DNA from: Armatimonadota bacterium
GTDB lineage: Bacteria > Armatimonadota > Fimbriimonadia > Fimbriimonadales > Fimbriimonadaceae
Length of the DNA stretch: 52,450 nt
Reading direction: 5' to 3'
Assembly (NCBI GenBank): GCA_031400935.1
Contig: JANNQV010000020.1
Coordinates: forward strand, 62,001 to 114,450
The position numbers and the translations under genes are program-made. The notes beneath the pieces are model-generated. The model was not told the DNA's origin and made no database searches. It was given only the letters and a program-made list of their open reading frames with translations. This document shows, piece after piece, positions 47,651-52,450 of this stretch (positions are counted from its first letter, which is position 1; each line of letters starts with the position of its first letter).

Positions 47651-48973
47651 ATGAAAGTCGCAGTCGTTGGAACAGGCTATGTTGGATTGGTGACGGGCGT
47701 TGTGCTCGCAGAACTTGGGCACGATGTTACTTGCGTTGACCGTGACAAAAAGAAAGTTGACATGATCAACAGCGGAATCTCGCCGATCTACGAAGTCGGG
47801 CTTGAAGAACTGCTCAAGCGAATGCTGTTGGAACAGCGATTCCGCGTGATCACAAGCATTGCCGACGCCACAAAAGCCTGCGACGTGGTCTTTATTGCTG
47901 TTGGCACACCGCCAGGCGAGGACGGCACCCCCGACCTTACTGCTGTCAAAATCGTCGCCCAAGAAATCGCTCGAAATATCGAAAAACCGACCATTGTCGT
48001 GAACAAATCAACAGTTCCTGTTGGAACTGGCGACCTTGTTGAGCAATTTATGATTGATGCCGGAGTGCCAGCGAACATGGTGGATATCGTTAGCTCCCCA
48101 GAATTCCTACGAGAAGGCACTGCTGTTGCCGACGCTCAAAAGCCGTATCGGTTAGTTTTTGGTGCCAAGAGGCGCGAAGCCGCCATTAGATTAGTTGAGC
48201 TTTATGCCGCCCAAGAATGCCCGATGTACATCACCGATCTTCGAAGTGCTGAGTTGATTAAATACGCAAGCAACTGCTTTTTGGCCATGAAAATCAGCTA
48301 CATCAATGCGTTAAGCCAGATTTGCGAGCAATGCGGGGCTAACATCGCCGATGTAGCCAAGGGAATGGGCGCCGATGAAAGAATCGGCAAAGCCTTTTTG
48401 AACGCTGGACTGGGATGGGGCGGAAGCTGTTTGCCAAAAGACACCATGGGGCTTGTCAGCGTCGCAAAAGATTTCGGTTACGACTTTGGATTGCTGAAAG
48501 CTGTAATTGATGTCAATGAAGACCAAACGCAACGTTTTGTAGATCGAATCGAATCCAGAATCGGCGGTTTTTCGGGAAAAACTATTGGCGTTTTGGGGCT
48601 TGCATTCAAGGGAAACACCGACGACATCCGAGATTCTAAGGCACTCGTTGTGATTGACCGAATCTTGAAGACTGGCGGAAACGTGCGAGCTTACGACCCT
48701 GCAGCAATGGAGAACACGAAGGCTGAATTCCCGGACATCACCTATTGCCACAATGGGTACGAGGTAGCGGAAAGAGCCGATTGTGTAGTAATCGTTACAG
48801 AATGGCGAGAGTTTGCCTCACTTGACCTCGTGAAGCTTGGACAAGCAATGAAGAATCGTGTTCTGTTTGATGGGCGACGACTGATCGCTGCAGAGTTCGC
48901 ACAACGGGCGGGTTTTGAGTATCACACGATTGGTCAGCAGACGGTTGCGAAGACTGTAGGGTCTGGGGATTAG
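47651..48973 (+). CDS. ugd: UDP-glucose 6-dehydrogenase
   Basis: GTGYVG, IAVGTP, NKSTVPVG, PEFLREG, AELIKYASN, GWGGSCLPKD, GLAFK..TDDIRDS. Confidence 0.93.
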   Translation: MKVAVVGTGYVGLVTGVVLAELGHDVTCVDRDKKKVDMINSGISPIYEVGLEELLKRMLLEQRFRVITSIADATKACDVVFIAVGTPPGEDGTPDLTAVKIVAQEIARNIEKPTIVVNKSTVPVGTGDLVEQFMIDAGVPANMVDIVSSPEFLREGTAVADAQKPYRLVFGAKRREAAIRLVELYAAQECPMYITDLRSAELIKYASNCFLAMKISYINALSQICEQCGANIADVAKGMGADERIGKAFLNAGLGWGGSCLPKDTMGLVSVAKDFGYDFGLLKAVIDVNEDQTQRFVDRIESRIGGFSGKTIGVLGLAFKGNTDDIRDSKALVVIDRILKTGGNVRAYDPAAMENTKAEFPDITYCHNGYEVAERADCVVIVTEWREFASLDLVKLGQAMKNRVLFDGRRLIAAEFAQRAGFEYHTIGQQTVAKTVGSGD

Positions 48974-49104
48974 GGTATGGGGTCTGTTTTGGATTGTGGA
49001 TTTTGGATTTTGGATTGTCGAGACCAACAACTAACAACCAATAACTAAAAACCAAAAACCAACAAATTAGAGCTGACCCCAAACCCTAGACCCCATACCC
49101 TGAG
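48955..49104. repeat. Composite heptamer tandem-repeat block
   Basis: 4x TNTRGGG-like, 5x TTKTGGA-like, 6x ACYAAHA, then 4x inverted CCCYNNA-like units. Confidence 0.8.
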
Positions 49105-49106
49105 CC

Positions 49107-49808
49107 TCAATACGCCCCATCAGACTGAAAAATAGCCTTTGGCGTCTTGAGCATGATCTTGATATCTGTCCAAAAGCCCATTTCTTCCAGATACTTTTTG
49201 TCAAGCTCCATCCACTCTTCAAAGCTTAGGTTGCTTCGCCCCATGACCTGCCAATAGCAGGTCAAACCCGGCTTTACTTGAAGCCGTTGGAACATCCATT
49301 CGTCATAGTGCTCGACTTCCCTTTCTAACATCGGACGAGGGCCGACAACGCTCATTTGGCCCCTCCAAACGTTCAAAAATTGTGGAACTTCGTCAATGCT
49401 GAATCGTCGCATGATGCGCCCCACGCGAGTCACTCGCGGGTCGTTTTCGATTTTGAATATTGGGCCGTCGTGTTTGTTCATTGCCGCCAATTTTTCCTTC
49501 ATAGCGTCGGCGTCTAGGAACATTGTTCGGAATTTGAGAACGTCGAAAATTTGCCCGCCGCGCCCGACCCTTCTCTGTCGAAAGAAAATAGGGCCACGGT
49601 CTTCAATCCAAATCGCAATTGAAGCGATCAGAAGAATTGGGAAGCAAATGAGGAGCATGAACGTGGAAACGGCGAGGTCCATCCCACGTTTCCAAAGGTT
49701 GTACCCATTTCGGCGTTCAGGAACGCTCCACCGGTGGTCATTCATCGGTTGTAGTCCGTCCGCCCCTATTTTATTGCTTTGCGCAGATGTGTCACCTGCA
49801 GGCAACAT
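49107..49808 (-). CDS. Priming sugar transferase (bacterial sugar transferase family)
   Basis: KRGMDL, GPIFFRQRRVG, KFRTM, DPRVTRVG, SIDEVPQFLNV..GQMSVVGPRP, KPGLT; SD aaggag supports ATG 49808. Confidence 0.94.
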   Translation of the reverse strand: MLPAGDTSAQSNKIGADGLQPMNDHRWSVPERRNGYNLWKRGMDLAVSTFMLLICFPILLIASIAIWIEDRGPIFFRQRRVGRGGQIFDVLKFRTMFLDADAMKEKLAAMNKHDGPIFKIENDPRVTRVGRIMRRFSIDEVPQFLNVWRGQMSVVGPRPMLEREVEHYDEWMFQRLQVKPGLTCYWQVMGRSNLSFEEWMELDKKYLEEMGFWTDIKIMLKTPKAIFQSDGAY

Positions 49809-50014
49809 TTCATACTCCTTCAAATGATCCAATTCTAGCGATCCAACACATTATCGGCATCGCAACAACAATTCCAAATTGGCACACCAAAAACAAATCT
49901 CGTTGGATTGCAGGCCCATGCGCCAAATCTATTTTACTCCAGGTTTGGCGAATTTCCAAAGTCTTCTTACAAGTACGACAAGGTTTGACTCAAATGAGTT
50001 CGCGAAATTCGCAT

Positions 50015-51244
50015 TTAGTACGTTGAAATGACCTTTTCGTAAAGTTGCTCAAGTTCATTTATGTGGCGATCTGTGGATGGTGGATCGTCCCAAAACCTAG
50101 TATATGTGGCTTGAGACATAGAGTCTGCGACATCGTTCGAATTCATTTCGGTCAGTTTTTCAGCAAGCGATTCGGCATTTCCGGCTTCAAAATGAAAACC
50201 CGTTACTCCATCTTCAACTGATTCTTGAGAAGCATTTGTGTTTGAACAGATGACTGGCAATCCATGCGAAAGGGCCTCGACGGTCACGAGCGGAGAGCAT
50301 TCGTACCAAACTGATGGAATCACAAATGCTCGAGACTCACGAAGTTTTTCGTGAACTTGTTCAGGACGCACCCATCCCGTGATCTCTGCTTTTGGATTTT
50401 CACGCAAAATTTCCACCCGTTCCGGTCCTTCCCCGACAAAAGTAACGGGAACATTTGCGATTCGCGCAGCAATCGCCAGAGTTACCGGGTCTTTTTCAGG
50501 CACTAGCCTTCCAACGTACGTGAAGACTTGGTTTGCCGTAACGTCCACTCGTTCTTCCTTTTGCGGGTCAACCGGATTTTGCATAACATACTGATTGCAC
50601 GTTTTCGGCAAAAAGGGATCAAGGATTCTTTGGCTGAACTCAGAAACAAACGCCACATGCTTCAGCCGCTCACGAATCTTGGCTCGATGCTCTTGTACCC
50701 AAAAACGATAAACCATTCCTGCTTTTCGATACGGGGCGGCTTTCAGGCAGTTTGTCGAAAGGCAGCTTGCGCCCATCGGCTTTCGATGGCAAATCGCCTT
50801 TTCGGGCTGATGATAGAAGAGGCGATTGGGGCAGGCAATTCCATAATCGTGCATGGTCATCAGAAACGGTAGTCCGCTGTCGAGAGCTTGCTCAATGACG
50901 CCGCTGGAAAGTAGTTTTAAGTAGCAATGAGCATGAATGACCACATTCCTTTGATCAGTCCTTTTCAGAATCGAGGCAAATGATGACATCGCTTCCTTGT
51001 TCCAAAGCTGGGTTTGAAAACCTTTCCATCTGGATTCGGCCTGATCAACTTCGGGCTGGTTCAAACACACAACTGTGAGATTTTCAAGGCCTTCCAGCAT
51101 CGTGTCTGGTGGCCCCATTGCTGTGAGAAGAGTCACATTGTGGCCACGTTTGGCGAGTTCCACTGAGGTTACAATGGCGACCTTGTCCGCACCACCGATC
51201 AGTGAAGCAGCATCCGCTAAGATAATAATCTCTCGAGTTCCCAA
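50015..51244 (-). CDS. Glycosyltransferase family 4
   Basis: GGADKVA, TMHDY..CP, YVGRLVPEK, PSVWYECSPLVTVEA. Confidence 0.9.
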   Translation of the reverse strand: MGTREIIILADAASLIGGADKVAIVTSVELAKRGHNVTLLTAMGPPDTMLEGLENLTVVCLNQPEVDQAESRWKGFQTQLWNKEAMSSFASILKRTDQRNVVIHAHCYLKLLSSGVIEQALDSGLPFLMTMHDYGIACPNRLFYHQPEKAICHRKPMGASCLSTNCLKAAPYRKAGMVYRFWVQEHRAKIRERLKHVAFVSEFSQRILDPFLPKTCNQYVMQNPVDPQKEERVDVTANQVFTYVGRLVPEKDPVTLAIAARIANVPVTFVGEGPERVEILRENPKAEITGWVRPEQVHEKLRESRAFVIPSVWYECSPLVTVEALSHGLPVICSNTNASQESVEDGVTGFHFEAGNAESLAEKLTEMNSNDVADSMSQATYTRFWDDPPSTDRHINELEQLYEKVISTY

Positions 51245-51285
51245 GGCAACGACAATCTACCCCAGGTATCCTCCCTTCGCCGGCT

Positions 51286-52410
51286 ATGCCTCGATATCTG
51301 CTCACTGCAACTGAAATTGATACCTACAAATTCGCGTGCCGCAAGCCGCTCTTGGACATGATGTGTGACAAAGGATATGAGGTCCATGTCGCGATTCCGA
51401 GCCAAGCGGTATTTGACCAAGTAAAGGGTTGGGGATACACGCCTCATTTGCTTTCGTTGACGAGAGACAGTTTGAACCCATTAAAGGAACGGAAAACTCT
51501 CCAAAGTTTCAAACATATTCGAGACGCTGTCAATCCAGATATCGCCCATCACTTCACTTCGAAGGCAGTACTCTATGGCTCGATAGCAGGTGCTAAAATT
51601 TGCATCGCTACCGTTACCGGAATCGGATTTAGCTTAACAGGTGGCATGAGCGGAATCAAAGGAAAGGCATTTGCAACACTATCTGGAGCGCTTCACCGAA
51701 AAGCATTTCGAAATTGCAACACTGTGATTTTTCAGAATGCTGACGACATGCAGGTGTTTTTGGATCAAAGGTTGTTGCCGAAAGAAAAGGCGATTTTGAT
51801 TCAAGGCTCTGGGGTGGACATGAACCAGAATCATCCTTCAAAGCGAAAAGCTCATAATGGCCCAGTCCGCTTCGTATTTTTGAGCCGATTGATTACTCCC
51901 AAAGGGATTTACGAGCTTGTTGATGCGACCAAGAGATTGCACGAAGAACTTCCGAGAGAATGCGAAGTAGTTCTTGCCGGAGCAACAGACCCGCAAAATC
52001 CCAAGTCCATCTCTGAAATTGAACTGAAGAAATGGGTCGATGAAGGAGTCTTGAGATACGTTGGGATCGTCCCGAATGCCGTCGCCGCATTTGAATCCGC
52101 CGATGTCGCGGTACTTCCTTCCTATTGGCTCGAAGGGTTGCCGCGTTCAATGGTCGAAGCGGCAGCGATGGGATTGCCTGTGATAACAACAACGAGCTCC
52201 GGATGCAAAGACTCTGTTATAGATGGAGAAACAGGCTTCGCAGTTCCACCCAAAGATGCTGTTGCGCTCTTTGAAGCCATGAAGAAACTTGCAAACGATC
52301 CTAATTTGAGAACAAAAATGGGATTGGAGGGACGAAAGTTCGTTGAAAATCGTTATTCCGTTGAGGCTGTACTGGAACAAACGTGGCGCGTGTACGAAAG
52401 TGCTATGTGA
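51286..52410 (+). CDS. Glycosyltransferase family 4
   Basis: TVTGIG, VIFQNADD, GSGVD, SRLITPKG, LPSYWLEGLPRSMVEAAA. Confidence 0.92.
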   Translation: MPRYLLTATEIDTYKFACRKPLLDMMCDKGYEVHVAIPSQAVFDQVKGWGYTPHLLSLTRDSLNPLKERKTLQSFKHIRDAVNPDIAHHFTSKAVLYGSIAGAKICIATVTGIGFSLTGGMSGIKGKAFATLSGALHRKAFRNCNTVIFQNADDMQVFLDQRLLPKEKAILIQGSGVDMNQNHPSKRKAHNGPVRFVFLSRLITPKGIYELVDATKRLHEELPRECEVVLAGATDPQNPKSISEIELKKWVDEGVLRYVGIVPNAVAAFESADVAVLPSYWLEGLPRSMVEAAAMGLPVITTTSSGCKDSVIDGETGFAVPPKDAVALFEAMKKLANDPNLRTKMGLEGRKFVENRYSVEAVLEQTWRVYESAM

Positions 52411-52450
52411 TTTTGTGCCTTTGAGACAACTATGGCAATCGCGATTTTGC

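Noticed and set aside
48955..49104. CRISPR array
   Set aside because: 7-nt tandem units without spacers; no cas genes in the window

Overview
Bacterial chromosomal window, roughly 50% GC by eye. Gene style tentatively suggests Armatimonadota/Fimbriimonadia; this is inference only. The left half (1-26.3 kb) is a mixed housekeeping/accessory region: K+ channel, secreted serine hydrolase, Cys/Met PLP lyase, nhaA, tyrS, amidase, tRNA-Sec, ArsR-SRPBCC-DinB, msrA and several unknown secreted proteins. The right half (26.4-52.4 kb) is a Wzx/Wzy-type surface-polysaccharide region with an exosortase/EpsI pair, gmhAB, galE, rfbB, glmS, ugd and a GH50-like glycosidase. Most striking: (1) uvrA is split into two motif-complete halves on opposite strands about 8 kb apart, cut at the linker between its two ABC ATPase domains. 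(2) A DUF559-like nuclease gene sits between ~46-bp hairpin-containing inverted repeats directly upstream of the uvrA N-half, and that half carries two palindromic repeat doublets inside its intact reading frame. (3) Several other REP/MITE-like and heptamer repeat families occur. (4) TyrRS has non-canonical HIGH/KMSKS motifs (TLGW/KMSQS). (5) There is a candidate ECF-sigma-driven small RNA with an anti-Shine-Dalgarno seed. (6) Many genes look leaderless. All family assignments come from motif recognition, not database searches.
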